Source: an uncultured Chlamydiae bacterium
GTDB lineage: Bacteria; Chlamydiota; Chlamydiia; Chlamydiales; JAJFMA01
Direction of reading: 5' to 3'
Assembly: GCA_963713615.1 (NCBI GenBank)
Contig: CAVQMM010000001.1
Location: 1,600,001 to 1,664,000 of the forward strand
Length of the DNA: 64,000 nucleotides
In this document: one piece after another, positions 39,527 to 49,632 of the stretch
Layout of the letters: each line of letters starts with the position of its first letter
How positions within the stretch are numbered: position 1 is the stretch's first letter
Position numbers and translations under genes: made by a program
The notes under the pieces: model-generated
What the model saw: only the letters and a program-made list of their open reading frames with translations
Told to the model about the DNA's origin: nothing
Databases searched by the model: none

Positions 39527-39714
39527 TTGACCTCCTTCTCAAACACAAATTAGCTCGTATTTACGACCAGCCCTGCAACCAATATCAATACGAATGGTGG
39601 GCGTTGCAGAGATTCGCCCTCTATACAATCAAAACCGGTTACTCGACAATTATACTTCATTTAATTTGTATTATAACATATTTCAATTATTATATAAAAA
39701 TTTATTAATCTTTT

Positions 39715-39818
39715 ATCAAAAAGCTTTTTCTTAAATCTTGATCCGATTTTACCTCTTGTCCACCTAGAACCTCAGGCAGCATCTTATTTGTCTGCTGAGG
39801 TAATGCTAAACAAGCCGC
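39715..39818 (-). pseudogene. 3' remnant of the SycD-like chaperone gene, left by tandem duplication
   Basis: Encodes LALPQQTNKMLPEVLGGQEVKSDQDL, matching the C-terminus of 42770-43414. Confidence 0.8.
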
Positions 39819-39850
39819 TTTTTTAATTTTAAAAATAAAAGCGAATTTAT

Positions 39851-40224
39851 GACTCATCCGGTTTTGTAGGACTTGACTACACAGGCAGGCGTGAGTCAAA
39901 AAACATGATAAATGGGATACGCCTGATATGCATGATAAAGGAAAAGAGAACCCGGCCTTGTTCACCTTTACGGTCAGAATTTCGGTCGGACGAAAAAGGT
40001 CGGATGTCGTGGTTTGTGACGAGGGCATAGCGCCAGCTATGTCCGAGGAGCAAAACGCGACAGACGATCCTTTTGCAGTCGACCGAAAACTGACCGCAAA
40101 GGTGAATAAGGCCGAGAACCCATTCTGTTTGGAGGTTTCTATGGAGTATCCTAAATATCATGCATATCATGTTTTTTGGCTCACGCCTGCCTGTGTAGTC
40201 AAGTCCTACAAAACCCGATGAGCC
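39851..40224. mobile_element. Outer MITE with long TIRs and 8-bp TSD, interrupted by a second MITE
   Basis: TIRs GACTCATCCGGTTTTGTAGGACTTGACTACACAGGCAGGCGTGAG / CTCACGCCTGCCTGTGTAGTCAAGTCCTACAAAACCCGATGAGCC. TSD GAATTTAT (39843-39850 and 40225-40232). Confidence 0.88.
39954..40113. mobile_element. 160-bp MITE with GGCCTTR ends and 8-bp TSD (IS1595/ISPna2-like ends)
   Basis: TIR GGCCTTGTTCACCTTT / AAAGGTGAATAAGGCC, TSD GAGAACCC. An apparently identical inverted copy lies at 61291-61450. Confidence 0.92.
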
Positions 40225-40356
40225 GAATTTATCCCCTATTGCGTACCAACCACTGGCTTCTCGATGTTATTGTCATTTAGAAAGGGCTAGGGAATAAAAA
40301 AAGCACCCCTTCACAGTGTGAAGAGGTGCTTCCATCATGGCTTAGACTAACTGTTG

Positions 40357-42561
40357 TTACGCAGCCGTCTGGCCAGATACCATAGTACCAACTTGTCCCG
40401 AGCTAGGCAGCGAGGTTTGGTTTAAGTCGTTTACGGTAGCATCGGTGCTCGAACCTGCAGTACCCATGCTAATACCCGAACTAGCCATAGCGTTTGAAAG
40501 CGCCACTATCATATTTGCAGGGTCTCCACTTGAGCCATATTTCATTGCATTAGCGAGATCTGTTGCACCAGCGCTCGTTGGAGGAGTACTCCCAAAACCA
40601 TCAGATTTTAGTTGAGTCATCATAGTCATGAGTTGACCGGTAGGAATGGAAGAAGCACTCATATGACCACCAGCCATTCCAGCTTGAACTGACTTTAGAA
40701 CGGTTATTATTTGCATGATCTGTGCAATCAGTGCCGCATTACTGGAACTCGCACCACCATTTTGAGCGACATTACTGGCGATGGCACCTTGCGCAATAGC
40801 ATCCGGAATCGAACTACCTACCGATTCTGCAGATGTGGGGGGTGGGCTGGTTGACGACCCCGTAAGATCCCCTAGGATAGGTATATTAGACCCTAAAGAC
40901 GTCGCTGCAGAACCAGTGGATAAGGTAGAACCCGTGCTGGTAGGACTGGTAGAAGAAGAAGAACCACCATTAAGCCCTAACATTCCCGTCATCGTGCCGC
41001 TGACACCGCTACTAGGGTCACTGGAAGTACCTATTAAACCTCCTAGCATAGGTCCTATGATAGGGATTTGGTCTAACAAGCTACCCAGCCCTAACTCCTT
41101 CATTAAGCCTCCTGGCATGAGCATTGATACGATGGAGCCTAAACCACCGCCGCTACTGCCACCGCTGAGAAGACCTCCAAGGAGACCTCCACTGCTAGAT
41201 GTAGTAGATGCGGGTGCTGCGGTTGTGCTTGTAGTAGTTGGTGTCTGTGCTGCAGCAGGAGGCTGTATAACAGCACCCTCACCCGGAGCCGAAGCCGGAG
41301 CCGTAGCGGTAGCCGTAGTCGTAGGCGAAGCCGGAGCCAAAGCCGTGGTTTGAGCCGCAGCACTACTACCGCCCGCCAATGCCAGTGCTCCAGCGGCCGT
41401 ACTTGGCCCTGTAGCACCTCCTGTTGGAGAATACGCAGGAGTTACAGCTGCTGTTGTTGAGGAGCTTGATGTCGTGCCGCTTGTGCCTCCAGGGCCTACA
41501 CTGACATTAGTATCCGCCTCACCACTGATACCGCTATTAGGGCCACCGGAACCACCTATTACACCTCCTATCATAGGTCCTATAATAGGAATATTGCTTA
41601 ACAGGCTACCAAGCCCTAACATATTCAACAAACCACCAGGTGAGAGCACTGATAGGAGATCGCTAACTATGCCGCCACCACCACTGCCTCCCAGAAGACC
41701 ACCTAGCAAGCCACCACCACTGCCGCCACCTAGAAGACCACCTAGCAAGCCACCACCTCCAGAACTGGCTTGTTGTTGACTTTCCGCACTGCTTAGCAGG
41801 GTCGAATCATCCTGAGCGGTAGCTTGCGCCACTTCCGCAGACTGATCGCTTGTGGTGCTGTTTTCCAGTTTACCCACGAAAGCTTCCAGGTTATTGATCG
41901 CTGCTCCCACAGCTGCCATGAAGGCGGAAATGCTAGTGCCACTGCTACTGGAGGTTGATGCCGCTGCAGCTGAAGCGATTTGCGTCGCGTTAGTCGTCGA
42001 AGTCAACATATTGCTGAGTAACTGCGCTTGCTGTTGTTCCGGCGGAGCTGTTGGACTAACTGGTCCCGCAGCTGGAATTGAGGTAACAGCGGCCGGGTTA
42101 AGGGGCTGGGCAGTTGGTACCTGAGCGACTTGAGCTAACGCAGCCATGTTAGCAGTACTCTGTACTGCACCCTTAGCAACTTGCGCATCCTCACTATTTC
42201 CATCTTTGATTAATGCTTGAGTGCTAGGGGGAAGGGTTTGCATGAGCGCCTGAGTCTGCTGTCCCTTAACATTCTGGTATTGGGCCTGCAGCTTTTGAAC
42301 TAACTGATCAGATGCTGCTGCCGTCTGACCATTTGGTGGGGGAAGAGCTGGCGCATTGGCAGGACTAGTGATCGGTTTTTTTGCTCCTGCAGCTGCTGTA
42401 CCTGGCTGATTGACGGGCGCAGCATCAGATGATGCAATCGAGTCCGCAACCGCTTGCGCCTTACCAGCGTTGGAAGCGTCTGCAACACCGCCACTTGGAT
42501 CCTGCTGTTGCTGCTGCAGCTGCTGGGGCCCATAAGCTTGTGAACCACCTTGAATATCCAT
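40357..42561 (-). CDS. Gly/Ala/Ser/Thr-rich putative type III secretion translocator/effector, copy 2
   Basis: 734 aa, same architecture as copy 1, directly downstream of the SycD/LcrH chaperone gene. Confidence 0.7.
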   Translation of the reverse strand: MDIQGGSQAYGPQQLQQQQQDPSGGVADASNAGKAQAVADSIASSDAAPVNQPGTAAAGAKKPITSPANAPALPPPNGQTAAASDQLVQKLQAQYQNVKGQQTQALMQTLPPSTQALIKDGNSEDAQVAKGAVQSTANMAALAQVAQVPTAQPLNPAAVTSIPAAGPVSPTAPPEQQQAQLLSNMLTSTTNATQIASAAAASTSSSSGTSISAFMAAVGAAINNLEAFVGKLENSTTSDQSAEVAQATAQDDSTLLSSAESQQQASSGGGGLLGGLLGGGSGGGLLGGLLGGSGGGGIVSDLLSVLSPGGLLNMLGLGSLLSNIPIIGPMIGGVIGGSGGPNSGISGEADTNVSVGPGGTSGTTSSSSTTAAVTPAYSPTGGATGPSTAAGALALAGGSSAAAQTTALAPASPTTTATATAPASAPGEGAVIQPPAAAQTPTTTSTTAAPASTTSSSGGLLGGLLSGGSSGGGLGSIVSMLMPGGLMKELGLGSLLDQIPIIGPMLGGLIGTSSDPSSGVSGTMTGMLGLNGGSSSSTSPTSTGSTLSTGSAATSLGSNIPILGDLTGSSTSPPPTSAESVGSSIPDAIAQGAIASNVAQNGGASSSNAALIAQIMQIITVLKSVQAGMAGGHMSASSIPTGQLMTMMTQLKSDGFGSTPPTSAGATDLANAMKYGSSGDPANMIVALSNAMASSGISMGTAGSSTDATVNDLNQTSLPSSGQVGTMVSGQTAA

Positions 42562-42769
42562 TTGACCTCCTTCTCAAACACAAATTAGGTCGTGCTTACG
42601 ACCAGCCCTGCAACCAGTATCAGTATGAATGGTGGGCGTTGCAGAGATTCGCCCTCTGTTAATTCCACTTCATTTTTAATTCTACTTCATTTTGTTTTTG
42701 TTATATCATATTTTAAACTATTATAGAAAAATTTTTAAACTATTATAGAAAAAATCTATTAGCATTTTA

Positions 42770-43414
42770 TCAAGCAGCTTTTTTTAAATCTTGATCCGAT
42801 TTTACCTCTTTTCCATTTGGTTTTACCTCTTGTCCACCCTGAACCTCAGGCGGCATCTTATTTGTCTGCGGAGGTAATGCTAAACCAGCCGCTTCTAGTT
42901 TTTTTAATGCCATTGAAGAACGATCTTTAATCACTGCATAAATGGGATTAGAGCCGCAGTTTTTGATCGCTATTCTCAATGCTTCGGCGCTGCCCGCTGG
43001 AAGACCTAATTGCATCAAACAATCCGCTGCATGATAGTAGGGCAATGGGTCTGTTGGATCGGAAAGGGTAGACATCTGGTAAGCTGCTAGCGCCTGCTGA
43101 AAATCACCTGCGCGATGATGACAAGCCCCCAAAGCAAAGGTAAACTTATGATCTGTTGGGCACAACATGACCATCACTTTCAGAATCTTTCTAGCATCTT
43201 TGATTTTCCCTGATTTGCAAAGCTGAAACGCCTTATTATAATAGCCCTCGATGCAATCTGGCGTTAACCCCATCGACTGAAGAAGAGGCATACCCGTCTT
43301 ACGCGAATTATCCATCACTTTATTAATGAATTCCTTTATCGCTTCCATTTGAGGACTCTTCGATATCAGCTCCAGGGCTTCATCTACTTGTTGCCTTGTA
43401 TCGCCCATGTCCAC
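42770..43414 (-). CDS. SycD/LcrH-family class II type III secretion chaperone (TPR)
   Basis: YYNKAFQLCKSGKIKDA...FTFALGACHH...ALAAY...DPTDPLPYYHAADCLM is the LcrH/Scc TPR pattern. Confidence 0.88.
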   Translation of the reverse strand: MDMGDTRQQVDEALELISKSPQMEAIKEFINKVMDNSRKTGMPLLQSMGLTPDCIEGYYNKAFQLCKSGKIKDARKILKVMVMLCPTDHKFTFALGACHHRAGDFQQALAAYQMSTLSDPTDPLPYYHAADCLMQLGLPAGSAEALRIAIKNCGSNPIYAVIKDRSSMALKKLEAAGLALPPQTNKMPPEVQGGQEVKPNGKEVKSDQDLKKAA

Positions 43415-43487
43415 CTCTCGGCTTAAAATCCAAAATTAGTAAGTTAAACACAGGACTATTAATCAGATTAATAATCCACCTATACTA

Positions 43488-43516
43488 ATTTTAGCCCTGA
43501 ATTGCGGTAATGTCAA
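43488..43516 (-). promoter_or_regulatory. Sigma70/sigma66-type promoter of the chaperone gene
   Basis: TTGACA-17 nt-TAAAAT on the minus strand. Confidence 0.65.
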
Positions 43517-43559
43517 TAGGCTTTTTTTTAAATTCGACGAATTTCGAAGTTAAATTGCA

Positions 43560-44082
43560 GTTCATCCGGTTTTGTAGGACTTGACTGCAAAGAGGAGGAG
43601 TTAGGACTTTTTACCGCCGAGGCGCAGAGACTCTGAGATAGGAAAGAGAGGAAAGAATGTGCCGTTTGTGTGTCCTTGGGCAAAATTCTGCCCAAGGGCC
43701 TCTTGAGGGGTTAGCGTTTTGGTAAAGCCCTTAGACAGCTTTTTGCCCAAGGACACACAAACGGCACAGGTGCTCAATCTAACTTTTTTGAGGACCTGTT
43801 CAGTTACTACCGACTCTGGACAAAGTCCTGTCTAAGGGCACTACAGAATCGTATTCCTGCGGGAACCCTTAGACTGGATTTTGTCCAGAGTCGGTAGTAA
43901 CTGAACATTCTTTCCTCTCTTTCCTATCTCGGAGTCTCTGCGCCTCGGCGGTAAAAATCCTAAAAAAGCCCCACGAGCTTCTATGCGCTCGCGCCGAGTG
44001 ACGATTGTGACTCCAAAGCGTAGCACATCTATTCGATGGTTTGTGGCAGCAAAAAGCTCCCCCAATTCTTCCCAAGAACCCA
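43560..44082. repeat. Composite nest of palindromic elements flanked by a 20-bp direct repeat
   Basis: Starts with a fragment of the 39851 TIR. Outer arms TTTTACCGCCGAGGCGCAGAGACTC...GAAAGAATGT / ACATTCTTTC...CTCTGCGCCTCGGCGGTAAAA enclose two hairpins. Flanks are AATTTCGAAG(T/C)TAAATTGCA at 43540 and 44083. Confidence 0.8.
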
Positions 44083-44108
44083 AATTTCGAAGCTAAATTG
44101 CAAGTAAG

Positions 44109-44504
44109 TCATTTGCTAAACAAAATAGCCCTGTGAATTTGAGCCTTTTTAAGCTCCTCTTGAAAACGCCTATACTGAGCGTCGTAAAGACTAGTTCCCA
44201 TCGTATTTAGTTGCGCAACCAATGCAGCTTCGGAAATACCCTCCTCGAATTGACAATAGGTTGATGAGAGACCTTTTGATGCCAATACTGAATGAATACG
44301 AGCGTGTCCTCTTAACAATGGCAGGTACATAAGACCGGCATAAGCAGCCAATAGATAGGGCCCTTCGGAGGCTAATCCCCGGAGGTACCCATTTAACTTC
44401 GGAACTTCACCAACAGCCTTAACCCTTTGTAATGCGACACCACTTCTTTCGAAAGCTAGTAAAAATGACTTTTGAAAGATAGGGTTGGAGTACCCCTCTT
44501 TCAA
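44109..44504 (-). CDS. Hypothetical protein (possibly a fragment)
   Basis: 131 aa ORF with no recognised motif. Confidence 0.4.
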   Translation of the reverse strand: MKEGYSNPIFQKSFLLAFERSGVALQRVKAVGEVPKLNGYLRGLASEGPYLLAAYAGLMYLPLLRGHARIHSVLASKGLSSTYCQFEEGISEAALVAQLNTMGTSLYDAQYRRFQEELKKAQIHRAILFSK

Positions 44505-44633
44505 AAGTCATATAGTTGGAGGAAGCTACTCTCGGAAGATGTGTCCGAAAAATGTGCAAAGTCCAGCTCTAGAGAAGAATTCGCCAGAAAGACCGATTGT
44601 GGTAATAGTAGAATAGAACACCAGGAGGTGGCT

Positions 44634-44930
44634 ATGAAATTTTTTATCTGTGCTATGGCGATTATTCTAGGGGCCGTGACCCAAGCCCAGGCACTTTTAC
44701 CACCCTTGTATCAAACAGCCGAAGAAATTAGAGGCATCCTAGAAAGCCCCCAGCTTGGCCAATCACTACAGGATGGTGAACCTATCGTCTCCATTCAAAA
44801 GACAAAGGGCGGCTACCGCATCATCACTAACCGTCACCAAATTGATGTTACAGTCAATACACTCCCGCAACGCATGCCTGGGCCTGCGCGATTTGATTAT
44901 CAATTCGGACAAGCCCAAGACCTTCAGTAG
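44634..44930 (+). CDS. Small secreted protein
   Basis: RBS AGGAGG and signal peptide MKFFICAMAIILGAVTQAQA-LLPPLY. Confidence 0.75.
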   Translation: MKFFICAMAIILGAVTQAQALLPPLYQTAEEIRGILESPQLGQSLQDGEPIVSIQKTKGGYRIITNRHQIDVTVNTLPQRMPGPARFDYQFGQAQDLQ

Positions 44931-44931
44931 C

Positions 44932-45342
44932 TCAGGTGATTTGGCTTAACAGCTGCTGCAGATCGAGAAAGGCCCAATATTCGATAATTTGACCTGCATT
45001 AATACGATAAATACTTACTCCGGAATAAGCTACTTGGCGGCCTGTGGGTTTTCGACCTCTGAAGTCGCCGCGATGGGTACCTGTCGCAGTAAATCGAATG
45101 ACTACTGTGTCGCTCTCGGCAATGATTGCTGCATTGGTGACGACTAAATCTGGAAAAGCTGTCAACCACGTCTGAACAACTCTTCGCATTGCTTCCGGCC
45201 CTCGGCTATCGCCGAGAGGACTGTGTATGACGATTTGTGGATGCAGCAGTCTGTCTATAACGCTCAGGTCTTGCTCGTCCCAGACTTTTTCGGCATATTC
45301 AGTAGCCACCCGCTTAACAATTTCAAGAGCACTCGGATTCAT
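44932..45342 (-). CDS. SnoaL-like ester cyclase family protein
   Basis: AFPDL...[19 protein letters not shown]...GQIIEYW. Confidence 0.88.
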   Translation of the reverse strand: MNPSALEIVKRVATEYAEKVWDEQDLSVIDRLLHPQIVIHSPLGDSRGPEAMRRVVQTWLTAFPDLVVTNAAIIAESDTVVIRFTATGTHRGDFRGRKPTGRQVAYSGVSIYRINAGQIIEYWAFLDLQQLLSQIT

Positions 45343-47431
45343 TCACCTTCTCCCTGCTTGATTTGAACTTTTTCAATCGAAGAGCGTTTAGAATCACCGA
45401 TACGGAACTCAAAGACATTGCCGCACTAGCGATCATGGGGTTCAGAAGAATACCAATAAATGGATACAAAACACCAGCAGCGATAGGGATACCTACGGCA
45501 TTATAGACAAAAGCAAAGAATAGATTTTGTCTGATATTCCGCATTGTGGCTCTACTCAGCGCAATTGCGCGCACAATGCCTATGAGGTCACCTTTCACTA
45601 AAGTCACTCCTGCGCTCTCCATGGCAACATCTGTCCCTGTCCCCATAGCGATGCCTACATCAGCTGCAGCAAGGGCTGGGGAATCGTTGATACCATCGCC
45701 TGCCATGGCTACAATGTGCCCCTTATTCTTAAACTGTGAGACTAAAGCTCTCTTATCTTCTGGCTTTATACCGGCATAGACTTCATCAATCTTCAGCTTT
45801 TGGGCGATGGCCTTTGCTGTAAATTCGTTGTCCCCTGTCAACATGACGACCTTTATCCCAAGAGCATGCAACTCCTCTATGGCTTTGGGGGTAGACTCCT
45901 TAATAGGATCGGCTACAGCAATCAATCCGATTGCCATACCATCGACAGCGACAAAAATTGTTGTATAAGCCTGCGCTTGTGCTTGCTTTTCCTGTGAGTG
46001 CAAACCTGTTAATTCACCGACTTGCCGTGCGTTCATCATGCTGGCGTTCCCAACGAGCACCTTTTTACCCTCTACCTCACCTTCAACACCTCCTCCGGTA
46101 ATCGACTGAAAATTTGATACTTTAGGAATATTCAAATTTCTATTTTGAGCTCCCTCCATCACAGCCAAGGCCAGTGGATGCTCACTATCTTGCTCTAATG
46201 AGGCAGCTAGTCTTAACAGTTCATTTTCCTGATCATGCGTCCGAGCGAAGATCTGAATCACTTTAGGCCTGCCCGCAGTAAGGGTTCCTGTCTTATCGAT
46301 CAGCACGGTATTGACCTTCTCTAGTGTTTCTAACGCCTCTGCGTTTTTGATGAGCACACCCATTTCCGCGCCTCTGCCAATTCCCACCATAATGGACATG
46401 GGCGTTGCCAAGCCTAGGGCGCATGGGCAGGCAATGATCAATACCGCTACAGCATTCACCAGAGCCAAGACAAACCGTGGTTCTGGTCCGATGGCCACCC
46501 ATATAACGAAGGTAGCAAGGGCTACAAGAATCACTACAGGGACAAAGTAACTCGACACTACGTCTGCAAGCTGTTGAATCCGCGCTCGTGTGCGCTGCGC
46601 ATCGGATACCATTTGGACGATCCGAGCGAGTAATGTTTCCTTACCTACCCTTGTAGCCCGCATGAGAAAGCTGCCGGCTTGGTTGATGGTACTCCCCGTA
46701 ACGCCATCTTTAGCCCGTTTTTCCACGGCTAGTGGCTCTCCAGTTACCATAGACTCGTCGACAAAGCTGGAACCTTCGATGACGACACCATCGACGGGTA
46801 TTTTTTCCCCAGGCTTCACCCTTAATATGTCTCCAACTTGAACTTGATCAATGGAGACCTCTTCCTCCTGACCATCTACAAGGCGGTGAGCGGTTTTGGC
46901 AGCCCTTCCAAGCAGGGCTTTAATCGCCTGACTGGTACGGCTTTTCGCTTTTAGCTCCAGGACCTGTCCCAAAAGGACAAGTACCGTAATCATGGAAGCA
47001 GCTTCAAAGTAGATAAACAGATGGCTAGAAAGGATAACGGCAGCGACGCTATAGAAATAAGCAGCTCCAACACCGAGGGCTATGAGTGAGAACATATTCA
47101 GCGAACGGTTTACCAGAGAGTACCAAGCTCTTTCAAAAAATGGCCAACCGGCCCAAAGAACTACAGGAGTGCTGATGAGCAGCTGCAGCCAACCAGAAGC
47201 TAGCGGGGATAACGCATTGGCGCCAGAGGCAAGCATCAAAACAGGAATAGTCAACACCAGCCCTATCCAGAAACGTCTTAACATATCGCGATATTCCGAA
47301 TCGTCGACTTCTAAGGTAGCATCTTGTGGTTCTAGGCTCATACCACAGATGGGACAAAGACCTGGATGATCCTGTTGAACATCGGGATGCATCGGACATG
47401 TGTAGATGATACTAGAGGATGAGTGCTTCAT
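45323..47431 (-). CDS. copA: Copper-translocating P1B-type ATPase
   Basis: [51 protein letters not shown]. Confidence 0.95.
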   Translation of the reverse strand: MKHSSSSIIYTCPMHPDVQQDHPGLCPICGMSLEPQDATLEVDDSEYRDMLRRFWIGLVLTIPVLMLASGANALSPLASGWLQLLISTPVVLWAGWPFFERAWYSLVNRSLNMFSLIALGVGAAYFYSVAAVILSSHLFIYFEAASMITVLVLLGQVLELKAKSRTSQAIKALLGRAAKTAHRLVDGQEEEVSIDQVQVGDILRVKPGEKIPVDGVVIEGSSFVDESMVTGEPLAVEKRAKDGVTGSTINQAGSFLMRATRVGKETLLARIVQMVSDAQRTRARIQQLADVVSSYFVPVVILVALATFVIWVAIGPEPRFVLALVNAVAVLIIACPCALGLATPMSIMVGIGRGAEMGVLIKNAEALETLEKVNTVLIDKTGTLTAGRPKVIQIFARTHDQENELLRLAASLEQDSEHPLALAVMEGAQNRNLNIPKVSNFQSITGGGVEGEVEGKKVLVGNASMMNARQVGELTGLHSQEKQAQAQAYTTIFVAVDGMAIGLIAVADPIKESTPKAIEELHALGIKVVMLTGDNEFTAKAIAQKLKIDEVYAGIKPEDKRALVSQFKNKGHIVAMAGDGINDSPALAAADVGIAMGTGTDVAMESAGVTLVKGDLIGIVRAIALSRATMRNIRQNLFFAFVYNAVGIPIAAGVLYPFIGILLNPMIASAAMSLSSVSVILNALRLKKFKSSREKVNESECS

Positions 47432-47883
47432 TCCACAACGCCCTTATGCAGCTTGACAACGATCACAGTGCAGGAAGCCTTGTCAATGACGCGACAGGGT
47501 ACCGAACCAAGCAGCCAATTTGCAAAAGTGCGCTTGGTTTGATGTGCCATGACAATAACATCGACTCGTCGTTTTTCGGCCCAACGTACTATCTGTTCTG
47601 ATGGGTGGCCCAGGGCAATTTCAGTTTTTATATGAACCCCCTGACGTTGAGCCTCAACCCTTAATCCTTTGAACAGTTTCTCATAATGCTCTCGTCCACG
47701 CTCTAGCATATCGCGCGTTTCAACATCCTCAGGAGGCTCAAGCACCCGCACAATGGCTAATACCTCAAGCTCTGCCTCGAACTTCTTGGCGTAGTCCAGT
47801 GCAAACTTAAATGCTTCAAAAGACTCATCGGAATCATCGCAAGCAACTAAGATTTTCTTTACCATGACATCTCCTGATCTCAA
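47428..47883 (-). CDS. Universal stress protein
   Basis: [10 protein letters not shown]...GHPSEQIV...DVIVMA...LLGSV...VIVVK. Confidence 0.92.
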   Translation of the reverse strand: MRSGDVMVKKILVACDDSDESFEAFKFALDYAKKFEAELEVLAIVRVLEPPEDVETRDMLERGREHYEKLFKGLRVEAQRQGVHIKTEIALGHPSEQIVRWAEKRRVDVIVMAHQTKRTFANWLLGSVPCRVIDKASCTVIVVKLHKGVVE

Positions 47884-49037
47884 TCTGGTTCCGGTAACAA
47901 GTGCTTTGGAAGATAACAGGCGTTAGCGATAACAGTTGGAACAATGGCGCTACCAATGACTGCAGCTACCAAATAGGAATATTGTTCTTCATTGATGATT
48001 CCATGAGTTAATCCAAATAGGGAAGAAATCGTCCCAAAAGTCAAACCCGTTGACATCAACAAGGTGGTATAGATGGCTTCTAATTTCTGATACTTCACCA
48101 TCTTGGCGGCAGGATAAACTCCGATAATTTTTGTGAACATCTTGGCGGCAAGTAAAATCAAGAAGACCAAAGGAGCCGCTAAAAGGGCTGGCACAGAGAC
48201 AAGGGAGCCCGCACGCAGAAAATAAAACGGAGTCAATAGGCCCAAAGTAAGAGTACGCAGACGACGAATAAATGCATGATTCTTACCCACCGAACCAGCA
48301 AGGAGCATGCCTGCAATATACGCTGGGAGGACTGCTTCACTGCCAGACCACGCTGCTAAGGCTCCTAGAGAGAATAGCACGCACAAAATGTACTTGGTCT
48401 CTATTTCCGCGGGAAGATCGCCAAAGCGACGAAAGAAATACTTTGTAAGCCTAGGCAAGAACGCGAAAACAACGCCACCTACAAGTAAAAATATGAGGGT
48501 TTTAACGCCGAAAGGTGAGAATAGTAGTCCCAGAGCAATAACGGTTCCTAGATCATTAATGAAGCAAGCCCCTAGAACGACCTTTCCATATTCCGTTCGA
48601 TTAAGTCCTAGTTCGAGCATCACGGCATAAACCACCGCCACAGATGTAGTAGAGAGGGCAACACCACAAAGCCAACTAGCCCTCACATCCCAATTTAAGA
48701 TGTAGTAGGCCACCGCAGCACATCCAAAAAAGGGGACAAAAAAGCCTACTAGGCCTAGAAGATTCACCTCCTTCCAGCGCGCCCGAATGACCGTTGGATC
48801 AAGCTCAGCACCTGCCAAAAAGGTTAAAATAACTGCGCCACTGCTGGCCAGGAAGACAATCCACTGCTCACTAGCCCCTAAAGAAAAGCCCGTAAAATAG
48901 AAGACGATAACGGCTTGAACAGCGACTCCCACCAAAATTTCAGATAGGGCTGTCGCAATACCCCACCAGACCGATAGGAACGTTGCCAAAAGAGCAAGAG
49001 CTATCCAAACAGATGCCAAAAACCAAACATCAGCCAC
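47880..49037 (-). CDS. Cation:proton antiporter (CPA2)
   Basis: Multiple TMs; TFLAGAELD, ALSTTSVAVV, CFINDLGT. Confidence 0.92.
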   Translation of the reverse strand: MADVWFLASVWIALALLATFLSVWWGIATALSEILVGVAVQAVIVFYFTGFSLGASEQWIVFLASSGAVILTFLAGAELDPTVIRARWKEVNLLGLVGFFVPFFGCAAVAYYILNWDVRASWLCGVALSTTSVAVVYAVMLELGLNRTEYGKVVLGACFINDLGTVIALGLLFSPFGVKTLIFLLVGGVVFAFLPRLTKYFFRRFGDLPAEIETKYILCVLFSLGALAAWSGSEAVLPAYIAGMLLAGSVGKNHAFIRRLRTLTLGLLTPFYFLRAGSLVSVPALLAAPLVFLILLAAKMFTKIIGVYPAAKMVKYQKLEAIYTTLLMSTGLTFGTISSLFGLTHGIINEEQYSYLVAAVIGSAIVPTVIANACYLPKHLLPEPD

Positions 49038-49120
49038 AGGAATTCCATAACCTTAGTTAGCGGTAAAGCAACCCTTGGAATACGCTATTCGGCTTTTTTA
49101 TACCACATTTGGTCAAAAAT

Positions 49121-49552
49121 GAGGTAATTGCAGAAGTCCGATTCTCCGAAGTCAATTTCCTGAAAATCGGATGCCGGTGAAGAGAGAGTCATTCCCTTCC
49201 CAGGCCCGAAGGGTCGATATTGCAACAGGCCATGGCATCGCCATGGTATATGCCAAAACGGTTTTAGCAGCCTGTAGGGCTGCCATAAAGCGCATGCATA
49301 AATGGTGTTTGTAAACTGGCGTCTTGTAGCAGTCCTTCAGACTGCGAAATCCCTTCCTGGCATATACCATGGCGATGCCATGGCCTGTTGCAATATCGAC
49401 CCTTCGGGCCTGGGAAGGGAGAAAAGCCTGTCTTTCCAGACTGGATAGTGCCATACCACTTAAGCTCTCTAGAATCGCCTTCTCACAAAAAAAGGTAACC
49501 TTTTTTCCCGAGAATCGATTCTCAAGGGCTCAAATAATTTTGCAATTACCTC
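49121..49552. mobile_element. MITE with GAGGTAATTGCA ends containing an internal REPIN-like hairpin
   Basis: TIR GAGGTAATTGCA / TGCAATTACCTC with flanking AAAAT on both sides. Internal ~60-bp IR CCCTTCCCAGGCCCGAAGGGTCGATATTGCAACAGGCCATGGCATCGCCATGGTATATGCCA. Confidence 0.75.
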
Positions 49553-49632
49553 AAAATGGACTCTAACAGGATGTGCAGGATCACTCTCCCCTTCTATAGA
49601 CACGGATTGATGATCGGCGCGGAAATTTTTCT

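Noticed and set aside
39705..40221. Short ORFs over MITE/REPIN regions (also 33915-34286, 43841-44083, 49152-49566, 54609-55149, 61182-61530)
   Set aside because: They are reading frames through palindromic non-coding elements; identical peptides at two loci simply reflect the repeat.
37896..42662. Pro-rich plus-strand ORFs within the duplicated genes
   Set aside because: Antisense shadows of Gly-rich coding sequence.
49020..49115. Fluoride riboswitch upstream of the antiporter/Usp genes
   Set aside because: Only a loose GGTTATGGAATTCC...GCTGATG resemblance. The pseudoknot partner is missing and it overlaps the start codon.
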